Source: Naegleria gruberi (Eukaryota). From it: a stretch of DNA of 64,000 nt. The notes under the pieces were generated by a model. The model saw nothing but the letters and a program-made list of their open reading frames with translations, was not told where the DNA came from and searched no databases. Location of the stretch: assembly GCA_000004985.1 (NCBI GenBank), contig GG738850.1, one strand, 5' to 3'. A program made the translations under genes and the position numbers. Positions 44,256 to 56,770 of this stretch are shown here, in pieces. Position 1 is the first letter of the stretch. Each line of letters begins with the position of its first letter.

Positions 44256-44498
44256 ATGTGTTATCAAACTACTTGCAGGTAAGTTGTACCAAGAGAGTAC
44301 TTGTAGTACTATTATTGCTTAGTAAATGTGGAAAAAAAACCTGGGCAGGTAAGTCATCGAGCTCGGAACAATTCGTATTGAATTAATTTTAATTTTGATG
44401 ATTTGATGATGATTTATAAATTAGGATGTGGAATGCACAAGGAAAGTGTCATGTCTCAAATTAAACCAGAAGAAAGATGTGCTTGTCCTAGAAATTAA
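44256..44498 (+). CDS. Predicted spliced micro-gene encoding a 40-aa Cys-rich peptide (MCYQTTCSKCGKKTWAGCGMHKESVMSQIKPEERCACPRN); 3 exons (44256-44278, 44323-44348, 44425-44498)
   Basis: Two canonical introns, 44279-44322 (GTAAGT ... TTAG, 44 nt) and 44349-44424 (GTAAGT ... AATTAG, 76 nt), with exactly compatible phases give a stop-free 123-nt CDS. No homolog recognised. Confidence 0.35.
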
Positions 44499-45235
44499 TT
44501 TACATCATCACCAGTAATAATAGATTAATTTTGAATTAATTATTACTGTTTTTACCTAGTTTTGTAAATAAAGATATGTTTTTTGAAATAAAGTAGCAGT
44601 ATATTCATCGGAATTGGTTCAATAATTAGATACTGATCCAGGGAAGATGGTTATGATGGTTTTCAATGAATACTTGCTAGTAGATTTGAACAAAGTACCA
44701 CTAAAAGAGTTGACATTCGAATAGGATTTGATTATGAAGAGGTAAATGACAAGAGATTGCTTGTTAACTGACTCTCAGTTGAATTTCTTTTCCGTCTGGA
44801 TTGGATTCTTTCGTTAATGAAAGCGGACGAAATACAGATATTGATCTAGGTGATTTGAATAATTATTCACCTGTAGTTCGAAAACACAATAAGAGTAACC
44901 TCTTAAAAAGAGCATACGTGTATCCAACGCATTACCATATCATTATCCAGTGTTTATTATCGAGAAGATAAATCAAATCCTTTGAATAGTTGTATTACGT
45001 CATTTTTTTTAAAAATTTAAAAATTTAATTAATTATCTAATTTTCATCATTTGAAAAAAATAGCATAAATATCTTCTTGTGTTATTGTTGTGTTTCCGGC
45101 GTTCATCATCACAATATTAAATCGATTCTATCAAGGCTTTTGCTCAATAAGAATCGAGTAGAATAATAATACACGGATATTTTGGATTTTTTTCAAATTC
45201 TAGAACAATTTTGATATAAACTGGTTGATCGGAGA

Positions 45236-48200
45236 ATGATCAATACAAATTTAAAAGGCAACAGCACCTCTTCGTTTGCTGAATCACCTACTGTTGCAAC
45301 AACGAGCAGTAATATGTATAATTCATCGAGAGAAATGGCTGGATTTCCTCTTCAAAAATTAGTTTTAGGAGAAGTAAATTCTCTCATTCTAGCCATGAGA
45401 AATATTCATTCAATGAGATATTCTAATAGATATAGATTTGTATGTATTGTTATTAGTTACAGCTTTGAATAATATTTTAAAAGCAATATGAAAACTTACC
45501 AAGACAAGGAGGAAATGAAAGTCCTGTCCTTGTGGGAATGAGAGCTTTACGAGAAAAAATCTGTAGTAACATTGGATGGCAATCCATGACTAGTTTGGAT
45601 ATTCTTCAACCTTTCTTTTCAATTATTAAATCGGAAGATACTGAAGGAAGAATAACATCAATGGCCTTACGATCCATTCAAAAATTATTGGAATCACCAA
45701 GTTTTATTTGTAGGTTTTATTGTTTTATAGTATTATTCTTAAGGTAAAAAAGCTCCTTTATCTAATTTAGAAGAAGCCAAGACGGCCATTCAAGAAATTG
45801 TTTCTGCTGTTCAACAATGTCAATTCGAGTTTAACTCTACTGATTCTACTTCATTGTCAGAATCGGGAGGACCTATTATTTTGGATCATTCTCTTGGAAG
45901 TGGACTTGGTTCTATAGCATCAGTTGTATCGGAGACTACACTTTTGGAATCTGTACTCATTCAAATAATTAATACATTCATGTGTTGCATTAAATGTGAA
46001 GCTGGATTTTTAATACCAGAAGAGATGATTCTTGAAATCTTAAAGAGTGTTTTGAGAATTGGAAGAGAAACAAGACCATGCACTGATTCCTTGAGAAAAA
46101 TAGCAGAAATGACAATGCAAGAAATTGTTAAAATTGTCTTTACAAGATATAAGAATATGGCTACCTCATCATCTCAGGCAGTCTATGGAGGAGAAAAGAT
46201 TTTTGAATTTATTTGCGACATGTGTGATATTTCTTCTAATACTTCAACTGAATCACCATCAACAGCAGCCATCAAATTAACTTCTCCTTCAACAGGACCT
46301 AATTCTGCTGGAGTAAATAGTATTGGTACTAGATATTTGGGAATTAGTCTTGCTTGTCATGCGATTGAGCTTATTGGAGATACCATTTCCAAAGATAAGA
46401 ATAACAAGATACTGAACATGATTTGTGATCAACTTTTTAGAGCCCTTTTGAGAAACACCAACATTTCCTATCAGACAATACTCTTTATGGCCAATGGTGA
46501 AATGATGTTCAGTCCAACTGTCCAATCTGGTATGGGGTCCTCCTCACCAATCACTTCTGCAGTTTTAATTGCTGCAAATGGTGGTAATTTACAACCAACC
46601 CATGCAAACTATGGCAATAACTTGATGCTCCTTTCTGCTGTTCTCAAATGTACCATATCCTACTTGGCAAGCTTACCTAATCTGAGATATTATTTGCATG
46701 AACAAATTGCTTCTATTCTCCTCACATTATTACAACATTTACCATCACCACAACAACAATACGGATCAAACAAGAAGAATTTTTCCAATTCTCCAATTTT
46801 AGGAAGTAATAGTAATATTTTCCTTCCATTCGAATTACAAGAATTAATTTTGGAATATTTGGTAGAAGTTTGTAGAGATTCAAACTTTATTACCTTCTTG
46901 TATAGAAACTATGATTGTTATGGATGCTTTGTAAAAAATAAGGATAACTTTATCGTCAATGTAAATACTATACCGAACCTTTTCGAACACATTTACCTCT
47001 ATTTGAATAGTTATATTGGACTAAACTCAAATTCAAACTCATCAAACAATAGCCAAAATAACTTCCATAATAGTGCTTCTATGGGAAATACATCAAGCCA
47101 ATTCAATAACTTTTCCAATCCTTCCTCATCTGGCTCTGGTAATTTGCATACTTTGCACGTGTTGGCATGGGTTGGCCTTTTGAGTGTTGTAAGGTGTCTT
47201 GCCGAACGATGCCAAGAACAACAAGAAAGTAGACAAACTTTGGACATGCAAATTGTTCACACTAAAATGTCAGAATTGAAAACTTTCAAAAAACAAAAGC
47301 ACAAGTATATGGAAATTGTTGCCCTTTTCAATAGTAGTCCACAAGAAGCCATAACACAATTATTGCAATTACACAATATTAGCATTCCAAAAGATTTGAC
47401 TCAATTCATCAAGAGTGACAGCTCAAACGAACAAGAAAGCACAACTGTCGACTGGAATGAGGCTATAGTTTTATTGCAAAGAGCTGCTGAAAAAATTTCT
47501 AAATTCCTTCTCGACTATAATATGTGGCTAGATAAGCAAAAAATTGTTGATTACTTTAATAGCTTCTCTTCTCCACCTAGTACAGTAGTGGATATTAAAG
47601 TAAATATGGGATCCATAGTAATACCAGAAGATCAACTCAATCACAACACTTATCTGATTCCAATTTTGAGTAAGACAAGAAAAGACCATCTCAGAAATGC
47701 CCTTCCTTTGGAAGTAATGAGACAATTTATGGATGGGTTTGATTTTTATGGAATGAGAATGGAAGAATGTATGAGATATTTCATTAATAGATGTAAGATT
47801 TCAGGAGAAGGACAACAAGTAGAAAGAATCATTAAACTCCTCGGTGAAAGTTACTACAGAGACAACAATACCCACTTTGCTTTGGAGAGAAATGATTCAA
47901 GCAAAAATCGTACCATACCAGCCATTCCTTACATTGACAATGGAGAACAAGCTTGGATTTTAGCTGTAGCTTTAATGCTCTTACACACAGATCTTCACCA
48001 TCAAAACAATAGAAACAGAATGAATTTGGCCGATTTTATGAAAACCATTGGATATCACGATGAGTTAAAGGGTATTCCTCAAGAAGAACTTCACAAAGTC
48101 TATCACTACTTATTGGCTAATGAATTTGAAGTCATGACAGGAATGACCGATGCCTACAAGACTGAAGCAATTTGGAAAGAAGTTATTGTTGACAAATCCT

Positions 48201-51200
48201 TTGCATATTATGATGAACATTTGAGTAACAAATCAGAAACCTCTGAAAATATCATTTCCTATGTTTATGATATGGACATGTTCCAAAGTATGTTTGGTCA
48301 TGTAATTCTTGCAACTACGACCATATTGGAACATACTGACGATATACAATTACTTGAATTGGCAATTAGAGGATTTTTGGATAGTGCTCGTGTTGCTGCA
48401 AGCTATCACTTGCATCATGTTTTTGATAACTTGGTCATTACTCTCTGCAAATTTACCACACTTATGGACGGTGTAACTCCACCTTCCATCTCTGCTGTTA
48501 GCTGTCCGAATACAAGTGAAAATACCACTTCACCACCAACATGGCCTCTCAATGCCAGTACTGCAACCTCAATTATGACTCATGATGGTGTTGTTATTTC
48601 AACAGTTAACAGTTCTGATCCTAACAGTTCAGCTTCTTCACCTTCTACAGCTCAAAGCTCTATTTCATCTAACAATAAGGGTGATGTTTCTCGTAACGAT
48701 AAGAATAGATCAATTCTCATGTTTGGCCACAATGAAAAGGCTAAATTAGCTTGTCGTACCGTGTTTGCCATCACTAGAAAATATGGTGATAATCTCAGAG
48801 AAGGTTGGAAGAATATTTTAGATCTTATCTGTAGAATGAGAGAATTGGAACTTTTACCAGAATCTATTGTTGAATCAAGACTTGTTCGTCAATTAAGAGA
48901 ATTCCAATTCCCATCTTCTAGTGCTGATTCTGCTAAACTTTCCTCTCCAAGAAAGGATAGTAATGATTCAACCATTTCCAGTGTTGCAACCAATCAACTT
49001 TTAACATCTGGTTCTTCCCTTTATAATCAAGTTATATCCAGTCTTTCAAAGAGTAGTACCAAGAAATCCAAGCCAAAATCTCAAAATGGAAGCAATGCTC
49101 CAATGAAGAGTGCAACATTCTCACTTCTCTCAACCATGTTTGGCGGCTTTTATGGCAGTGCTGACGACTCGAATAATGAAAAGAAGAAGAACTTGGACGA
49201 GGAATCTGATGATGAGGAAGAATATGAACAAGGACATGTCTCACAAAACTCTGAGGATGCCCACTTCTCTATTGAAATTAAACATGCTCTCGATGAATCA
49301 AGAAAGTGCATTGAACAATGTCGTATTGTAGAGTTATTAATGATGGATGCCAAGGAATTGAGTGGCAATTCATTGGAATACTTGTTGAGTGCCCTCATCA
49401 GAAATGGTAAGCCAGCAGGTATTTTAATGACCATGCACATTCCTGCTCCTCACTTGTTCACATTGAAAACAACCAAACAACAACAAAATGCAACTACCTC
49501 AACCTATTACTATTATGAAAGAGACTTAGATACTTCCCTCTTCTGTTTGGATTTATTGTGTGATGTTTTGATTAATAATAATTTGAATAGAAATACTGGT
49601 TGCGAAAGATTGAAACTTATTTGGAATTATGTTTACAGCCACGTTTACAAATTAATGATTTCCATTTTGCAATTATACCAACCAATCAGCACCATTCAAT
49701 CCATTTACCAAGTTAATAATGGACCTAATAGTGCTCCACCATCTGTAGGTTCATCCAATCCTTTCGGTACTAGTTCTGGTAGCGATAGAAACAGCCCACT
49801 CCCAGTAACAAATAATCAACCACTCAGAACAAGAATGACCAAGCAACATTACCACGTCTTGCAAAGATGTTTGACTTGTATTTGGAGATTGTGTATGGAT
49901 CTTTCTACACCATCTACCCAATTCAATAGTGTTGAAAATCAAGCAGAATGGGAGATTGTTCAAAAAGAAATGCTCTCTGTCCTTATTGATAACCTTGGTA
50001 AGCAATGGAGTGAAACTATGTTGGGTGTTTTCCATAATAGTTTACTTCCTATGATTCACATGTTCTTGTCGAGACAAGGTGAAACTCTACTCTCACCAAT
50101 GGCTACCAAATTCATTCAAGATCGTACAAATGCTACCAATCTTAATCCTTCCACAATATTTACTGATAGCTCATCAAGACTCATTGTAGATTTGTGGGAT
50201 CATTTAGTTTTCAAGATTTTGAGAAGTATTTCCAACGTTTCCTCCTCATGGATAAATAATAATCCTAATAGCTCACTCTTCACATCCATCAAACCTTCAC
50301 AACAATTACAATTAATTACCAGATCATTAGATGTACTTACTCTCAGTTTACAATACTCTACATTACAGGATGATACTACTCATTTCGGGTTATGGTTTGT
50401 TGTTCCTGATAATATCCCAACATTTGTCCAAAGTATCTTGTCCGTTTTGAGTTCTTCCATTACAACAAATGTAAATATTCAAAACACCTCCAATGGAAGC
50501 AATAGCTCCCAACAATTTGTATCCACCCTTAAAAAGCTTATGGCTCTCACAATGGACATTTTAATCATTTTGGAAAATTTGGTTATGGAAATTTTGAAGA
50601 GAATTGTATCCATTGCCTATTCATCTGCTAACTCATCCCAAAACGTCATCAAATTGGATAACAAGTGGATCAATGCTTGGCTTTCAATTCTTGAAGGTAT
50701 AGCAGTATTGTGTTGCACTGGTGGCATTAACACTAGTGGACCGGTCAATGTTCTGAACTTACTAATGTCACAATTGAATAATAGTCAAATTCAAATGTTG
50801 AGCCACCTCCAAAGAGATATTAGAACCCAAGCACTTTCAACCTTACAAAGATCTCTTGTTTATAGTTGTGATTTCAGATATTCATTCACTGCCAACCAAG
50901 AAGACTCACAAAATCTAAAATATCTCCTCAATGATCAACTCTTAATGATGTGTATGGATCGTGTATTGCTCAAGACATTTTTCCAAACTCTTCTCACACT
51001 CAAACCAAAGACAACTGAATATCAAACCAATCACAATACAGAAATGGATATTTCCTCTTTAGAAGAGCTTAGGGTCAGAGCCAACAACTTACTTGCTAGA
51101 ATATTCCTGCACTTTTTACCAAGAATGTTCCCTGTGAATAATACTGAAAGTCAACAAGATAATGGTTTCTCTTCATTGTGGCTCACCATTCTTCAAGTTA

Positions 51201-51577
51201 TGTACAACTTTTTACTCGTCAAACCAAAGAGTGATCATTTGAGGGAGGCTCTTCCAGAATTGTTGAAGAATATGATACTTGTAATGAATAATATTGAAGT
51301 ATTCAGACTTTCTCCAAAGTTGTGGGAGTTAACAGAGAAGGAACTTTCTCAATCTATTCCAACCCTTTTGGAAGATGTCAAACCCAGGATAATCAATACC
51401 ATGACACAACCTGCTGCTAACACTAACATTACAACACCTGTTGATAGTAGTGCCACAAGCAGTTCACAATCCAATGCAACTGCAAATTATACAACTGAAT
51501 CAACAGCCACCACAGCTGTTGCACAAGATGATAACCCAACAACATCAACCGAAACACCATTTAATTCACAACAATAA
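45236..51577 (+). CDS. GBF1/Gea-type large Sec7-domain ARF guanine-nucleotide exchange factor; 3 exons (45236-45439, 45484-45709, 45753-51577), about 2080 aa
   Basis: The N-terminal DCB region matches GBF1 (LVLGEVNSLILAMRN ... PFFSIIKSEDTEGRITSMALRSIQKLL). Sec7 core FYGMRMEECMRYFINRCKISGEGQQVERII...LAVALMLLHTDLHH. Introns 45440-45483 (GTATGT, 44 nt) and 45710-45752 (GTAGGT, 43 nt); phases verified. Confidence 0.85.
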
Positions 51578-51703
51578 AAGGAGTTCACACCTTAGGATAG
51601 AATGGGCAGAGATTTATAAATTGAGTAAAAAAAAAGAGTAGAATCTTAACAGTTATTATAATGAGTGTGAGGCAGAGTCTGGCCAAATCCTTTTTTTTGG
51701 ATT

Positions 51704-53323
51704 TTACTTAAACATCTGTTGGTTATGAATACTAAGTGATTTTAATTGTTTCATTTCACTTATTGATTTGACTCCTTCACCACCAATTTCATTGTAACAT
51801 ATATCAAGTGATGTTAATTGTTTCATTTCACTTATGAATTTGGATCCTTCAGCACCAATTCGATTCTTAGATATATTAAGTGATGTTAATTGTTTCATTT
51901 CACTTATTGATTTGACTCCTTCATCACCAATTCCATTTCCACCAATATTAAGTGATATTAATTGTTTCATTTCACTTATAAATTTGACTCCTTTATCACC
52001 AATTTCATTGTAACATATATTAAGTGATTTTAATTGTTTCATTTCACTTATTGATTTGACTCCTTCAACACCAATTTGATTGTTATAAATATAAAGTGAT
52101 GTTAATTGTTTCATTTCACTTATTGATTTGACTCCTTCAACACCAATTTCATTGTTATAAATATTAAGTGATGTTAACTGTTTCATTTCACTTATATATT
52201 TGGATCCTTCATCACCAATTTCATTTCCACCAATATCAAGTAATTTTAATTGTTTCATTTCACTTATAAATTTGGCTCCTTCATCACCAATTCCATTTCC
52301 ACTAATATCAAGTGATGTTAATTGTTTCATTTCACTTATTGATTTGACTCCTTTATCACCAATTCCATTTCCACTAATATCAAGTGATGTTAACTGTTTC
52401 ATTTCACTTATTGATTTGGCTCCTTCATCACCAATTCGATTGTTATAAATACTAAGTGATGTTAATTGTTTCATTTCACTTATTGATTTGACTCCTTCAT
52501 CACCAATTCGATTTTCACCAATATTAAGTGATGTTAACTGTTTCATTTCACTTATATATTTGGATCCTTCATCACCAATTTCATTTCCACCAATATCAAG
52601 TAATTTTAATTGTTTCATTTCACTTATAAATTTGACTCCTTTATCACCAATTCCATTTCCACTAATATCAAGTGATGTTAACTGTTTCATTTCACTTATT
52701 GATTTGGCTCCTTCAACACCAATTTCATTGTTATTAATACTAAGTGATGTTAATTGTTTCATTTCACTTATTGATTTGGCTCCTTCATCACCAATTCGAT
52801 TGTTATCAATATTAAGTGATGTTAATTGTTTCATTTCACTTATATATTTGGATCCTTCATCACCAATTTCATTTCCACCAATATCAAGTGATGTTAATTG
52901 TTTCATTTCACTTATGAATTTGGCTCCTTCAGCACCAATTCGACTGTAACATATATCAAGTGATGTTAATTGTTTCATTTCACTTATTGATTTGGCTCCT
53001 TCATCACCAATTTGATTTTCACCAATATCAAGTAATTTTAATTGTTTCATTTCAGTTATGAATTTTACTTGTTTAGAGTCAAGCAACCTTCTCGAAAATT
53101 TAAGATGAACAATACTATTCATAAATTGACTTTTCATGAATAATTCAATTCTTGTTTCTGTAAATTTTTGATTAAATTGAATAACAAGTTTTGAACGTTC
53201 CTTGATTACATTAAACCATTGTTTTGAAATCAATGAACAATTATTTAAAATAAACCACGCATCATCGAGCATGCAAATTATTTCAAAACAAACATCATCT
53301 GAAAATATTTCCCTCTCCTCCAT
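51704..53323 (-). CDS. F-box / RNI-like leucine-rich-repeat protein, paralog of 27041-28729 in inverted orientation
   Basis: ATG at 53323. The first roughly 100 aa (MEEREIFSDDVCFEIICMLDDAWFILNNCSLISKQWFNVIKERSKLVIQFNQKFTETRIELFMKSQFMNSIVHLKF...) are nearly identical to the + strand paralog at both protein and DNA level. Followed by about 19 x 24-aa LRRs with internal multi-repeat duplications. Confidence 0.75.
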   Translation of the reverse strand: MEEREIFSDDVCFEIICMLDDAWFILNNCSLISKQWFNVIKERSKLVIQFNQKFTETRIELFMKSQFMNSIVHLKFSRRLLDSKQVKFITEMKQLKLLDIGENQIGDEGAKSISEMKQLTSLDICYSRIGAEGAKFISEMKQLTSLDIGGNEIGDEGSKYISEMKQLTSLNIDNNRIGDEGAKSISEMKQLTSLSINNNEIGVEGAKSISEMKQLTSLDISGNGIGDKGVKFISEMKQLKLLDIGGNEIGDEGSKYISEMKQLTSLNIGENRIGDEGVKSISEMKQLTSLSIYNNRIGDEGAKSISEMKQLTSLDISGNGIGDKGVKSISEMKQLTSLDISGNGIGDEGAKFISEMKQLKLLDIGGNEIGDEGSKYISEMKQLTSLNIYNNEIGVEGVKSISEMKQLTSLYIYNNQIGVEGVKSISEMKQLKSLNICYNEIGDKGVKFISEMKQLISLNIGGNGIGDEGVKSISEMKQLTSLNISKNRIGAEGSKFISEMKQLTSLDICYNEIGGEGVKSISEMKQLKSLSIHNQQMFK

Positions 53324-53557
53324 ATGTATTACTATTGATCACAATTATTTTAATAATATTATTATTATTATTAGTATTCTTATTTGATAGTTTGTTGCTT
53401 TTAGACTTGACACCTTCTTGATATTTGCTTTTAAATATTTTTTTTAATGAAACAAAACTAATCAATGGATTGGATGATGTGAAGTTGGCAGCTAACTTAC
53501 GACGTTTGATGCTAACTTTACAACAAAAGAAAGACTAATAATTTATTGAGTGCTAAT

Positions 53558-56437
53558 TTACAATGTTTGTGGTGGATACTTTTCAGTAAGATAGGTATTG
53601 ATAGCAGGTAAATGTTTAGAAAGGAATTTGGCATTCTTTTCAATAGCTTCCAAAGTATTCGAATAATGCTTCATGCTCAATTTTTCAATATTTGGAGCAA
53701 AAAATTGAATCAATTCATCCCTTTCAAAGATATTAGTGAATAGAGAACCAACCCCATATACTAATCTATTACTGACTTGATCTTGTCCGCATTTTGAGAG
53801 AATGGCATCATATCTAGTTCTGACAAAATTCCAAGCAACGTTTGGTCCACTTGGTACATTTCTTGCAACTTCTCTAATAAGGAAGATACTATCTTGTGGC
53901 TTAACATGTGGAGAAAGGGCCAAATCCAAAGTCGTTTGCAAGAGTGGAATTTGTTGAGTGTATGCAAGTGCATACATTAACTTGGTTCTTTCCACAGAAT
54001 CTTGCTCAGCTTTGAATTGATTCAAAATTTGATAATATTCACGTTCTCCACCATTAGAAACAACAGCTCTATAAACAGCATTACGAAGAATTGGAGGAAT
54101 AATGGTTGAGTTTCTTTCTTGATAACGTTTAAAGGCTTCAGTGACACATTCAGTGAGACCAAAACGACAGGCCAAATTGAGAACAAATGGACGTAACTCA
54201 TCAAGATTTTCCTCATCTTCATCTGCTCCTGGTACATTGGTCCATCCAATTGATTCATACTTGTTTTTAACCAAATCTTTTACCATTCTAGAGAATGAGT
54301 TTGAAACACTTTCGGCGGCCAACAATTGATGAAGTTTGAGAATGGATTGATACATATTTTCCCACAAAATACTAGTGTCATCATTCTTCAAAGCAAGAAG
54401 CATTTCAAACATTAAAGAGGAATCAATATTTTCAACAGTTGATGTGGCAATAGAAAAAATGTCATTGAAAAGATCAAATCTATCCTCAGTGTCAAAATCT
54501 TCAATCTTGGCAATTAAATTCTTCCACATCTTGGTTGAGTAATTGACACGGTAGAAACCAGTCTTGTGATAGTTAAACTTGTAAACCTTATCAGTAATCT
54601 TCAATGATGGAACCTTACTGGACATTTCAACCTTTTTAACATCTCCATCAGCAGAGGTTACATATGTTAATGGAATCCACCATGTTGAATTTTTAAATTG
54701 GTCAACTTGTGTTGCATTTGCATATGAAAAGAATCTGTTTTGTGAGAGAGAAATAGTGCCATCAGCATTTTCATTGACTTGAACGATTGGCATACCTGGT
54801 TGATGTAACCATGTACCAAAGTTGGTAGCAGTTTCTTGAACATTTTGTACAGGAAGAAGTTCCAATAATTGCTTAGTTTCAGCATTTTGATTCTTGTACT
54901 TGGCAAAGTAGGAACGAATCCATTGCACGAACTTGTCTTCTCCCAAATAATTGAAGAACATACTCAATACAGCACCACCCTTGTCGTAGGTAATGGAATT
55001 GAACAAGGAATCAATTTCATCCTTAGATTGAATCTTGTCATATAATCTCACAATAGGATCAGCACTTGGAACAGAATCAGCATCAGCAGCATAAATAACA
55101 CTATTGGTGAGCTTTTTCAAACCTCTCTTCCAATCAGGATAGGTCTTATCCAAGGCGTATGTTTCCATGAATGTGGCAAAACCTTCATTCAACCAGAGGT
55201 GAGTCCAAAATGCACAAGTGATAATATTTCCATTGAATTGGTGAGAAATTTCATGACTCACAACTTCAATACCATTTTCCTTATCGAGTTGTGAAGCTGT
55301 AGCATTATCGAAAATAATATAAGTTTCACGATAGGTAATTAATCCAAAATTTTCCATAGCACCACTTGCAAAGGATGGAATTGAAATGTGATCCATCTTG
55401 TTAATTGGGTATTCAACTTGATAGAGATCTTGGAAGAATTTGGTGACCTTGATGGAAGCTTCAAGAGCAGCTCTACCTTGTTCTGATTTACCAACAGGTG
55501 TATAAATTCTATGTCTAATCTTTCCATCAGTTTTTTCAATATAATCATATTGTCCAATAATGAAAGCAATCAAATAGGTAGACATGAGTGGAGTCTTGTC
55601 AAATTTAACTTTAACTCTTCCATCAGGGAGGTTTGTTCTTTCAATTTCATCAGTGTTAAATAAAACTCTTGTTTTTTCATCCTTCAATTTTGTGGTAATT
55701 GTCATTTGATAGGTAGCTTTGAATTTTGGTTCATCAAATAAAGGAATAGCAGCTCTACCATCTTCACTTTCAAATTGAGTTGACAATACAGTAGATCCAT
55801 CTGCTGCCTTACTAGAATAAAATCCTCTCATATCAGTTCTAATTGGAGCTTGATATTCAATTCTCAAAATATAAAAAGCTCCCTTTTCAAGATTATTCTT
55901 TGTATGAACTTGAATCTTTCTATACTTTTCCAAAACTGCAGTTGAAAATCCACTTAATACTACTTCTGAAGATGTCTTTTCACTCTTAATAGAAATACCT
56001 GCTAATTTACCATCTACTGCTGGAAGAACACCATTTTTAGCATGTTGCTTCTTTTGATCTTCTGTTGCTTTGATAATTGCCACGAATTGCATTTCCTCAG
56101 CACTCAACTCTACAACATTAGTTTCTGTAGTAACTTCCAATCTAATAGAAACCACTCCATTAAAAGTAGTAGCACCATCCAACAATGCTTCAATTTCAAT
56201 ATCATAATGACGAGGAAGAATAGTATCGGGTAATCTGTATGGATAAGTCTTTACACCATCATCTTCTATAACTCCATCCCATCCACGAATTAAATAGGTT
56301 GCCCAAATGGTTACACCAGCCACAATTATAGTCAGGATGGCCACCACTACAATGGAAATAATGGTCAATCTCCTCTTCTCTGCTACATTTTCCTGTCCAA
56401 TACGAGTCGCATCGTGATGACCCGAAGAACTCAACAT
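53558..56437 (-). CDS. Membrane-anchored aminopeptidase N (M1 zinc metallopeptidase), 959 aa, single exon
   Basis: N-terminal signal-anchor RLTIISIVVVAILTIIVAGVTIWATYLI. Exopeptidase motif GAMEN (FASGAMENFGL). Zinc-binding HEISHQFNGN...WLNEGFATF (HExxH-x18-E). ERAP-like C-terminal domain. Confidence 0.9.
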   Translation of the reverse strand: MLSSSGHHDATRIGQENVAEKRRLTIISIVVVAILTIIVAGVTIWATYLIRGWDGVIEDDGVKTYPYRLPDTILPRHYDIEIEALLDGATTFNGVVSIRLEVTTETNVVELSAEEMQFVAIIKATEDQKKQHAKNGVLPAVDGKLAGISIKSEKTSSEVVLSGFSTAVLEKYRKIQVHTKNNLEKGAFYILRIEYQAPIRTDMRGFYSSKAADGSTVLSTQFESEDGRAAIPLFDEPKFKATYQMTITTKLKDEKTRVLFNTDEIERTNLPDGRVKVKFDKTPLMSTYLIAFIIGQYDYIEKTDGKIRHRIYTPVGKSEQGRAALEASIKVTKFFQDLYQVEYPINKMDHISIPSFASGAMENFGLITYRETYIIFDNATASQLDKENGIEVVSHEISHQFNGNIITCAFWTHLWLNEGFATFMETYALDKTYPDWKRGLKKLTNSVIYAADADSVPSADPIVRLYDKIQSKDEIDSLFNSITYDKGGAVLSMFFNYLGEDKFVQWIRSYFAKYKNQNAETKQLLELLPVQNVQETATNFGTWLHQPGMPIVQVNENADGTISLSQNRFFSYANATQVDQFKNSTWWIPLTYVTSADGDVKKVEMSSKVPSLKITDKVYKFNYHKTGFYRVNYSTKMWKNLIAKIEDFDTEDRFDLFNDIFSIATSTVENIDSSLMFEMLLALKNDDTSILWENMYQSILKLHQLLAAESVSNSFSRMVKDLVKNKYESIGWTNVPGADEDEENLDELRPFVLNLACRFGLTECVTEAFKRYQERNSTIIPPILRNAVYRAVVSNGGEREYYQILNQFKAEQDSVERTKLMYALAYTQQIPLLQTTLDLALSPHVKPQDSIFLIREVARNVPSGPNVAWNFVRTRYDAILSKCGQDQVSNRLVYGVGSLFTNIFERDELIQFFAPNIEKLSMKHYSNTLEAIEKNAKFLSKHLPAINTYLTEKYPPQTL

Positions 56438-56770
56438 ATTGTTGTTTATGTTTATATTATTAAAAAAAACTATATGTGATCAATGATGATCAAGATTAAC
56501 TTTCCAATGTTAATTATTTAAATGGCGATGGATGAAAATTAGCGACTCAACAACTAGAGATCTTGTTACGATCGGAATAAAAGAATAAAAGGTGATCGGT
56601 AAGAGTTGGAGAATTTTTTTTGTAAATTTTTTTTGGATTTTGAGAATCGATAAGCAGCCGAGTAACGAAATTTGTGGATTGAATCAATCTGAGGTATGCA
56701 ATAAGTTTCGTATTGCTATAAATAACAAAAATTGTGTAAATTGTGTAAATTCAAACATGTATCCATGTAT

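Noticed and set aside
52200-52949. Plus-strand ORFs (82 aa, 153 aa) inside the minus-strand F-box/LRR gene, and similar antisense ORFs such as 22222..22497 and 47011..47247
   Set aside because: These are open frames on the antisense strand of repetitive or low-complexity coding sequence (Ser/Pro-rich repeat peptides). They have no start context or homology, so they are artefacts of repeat periodicity.
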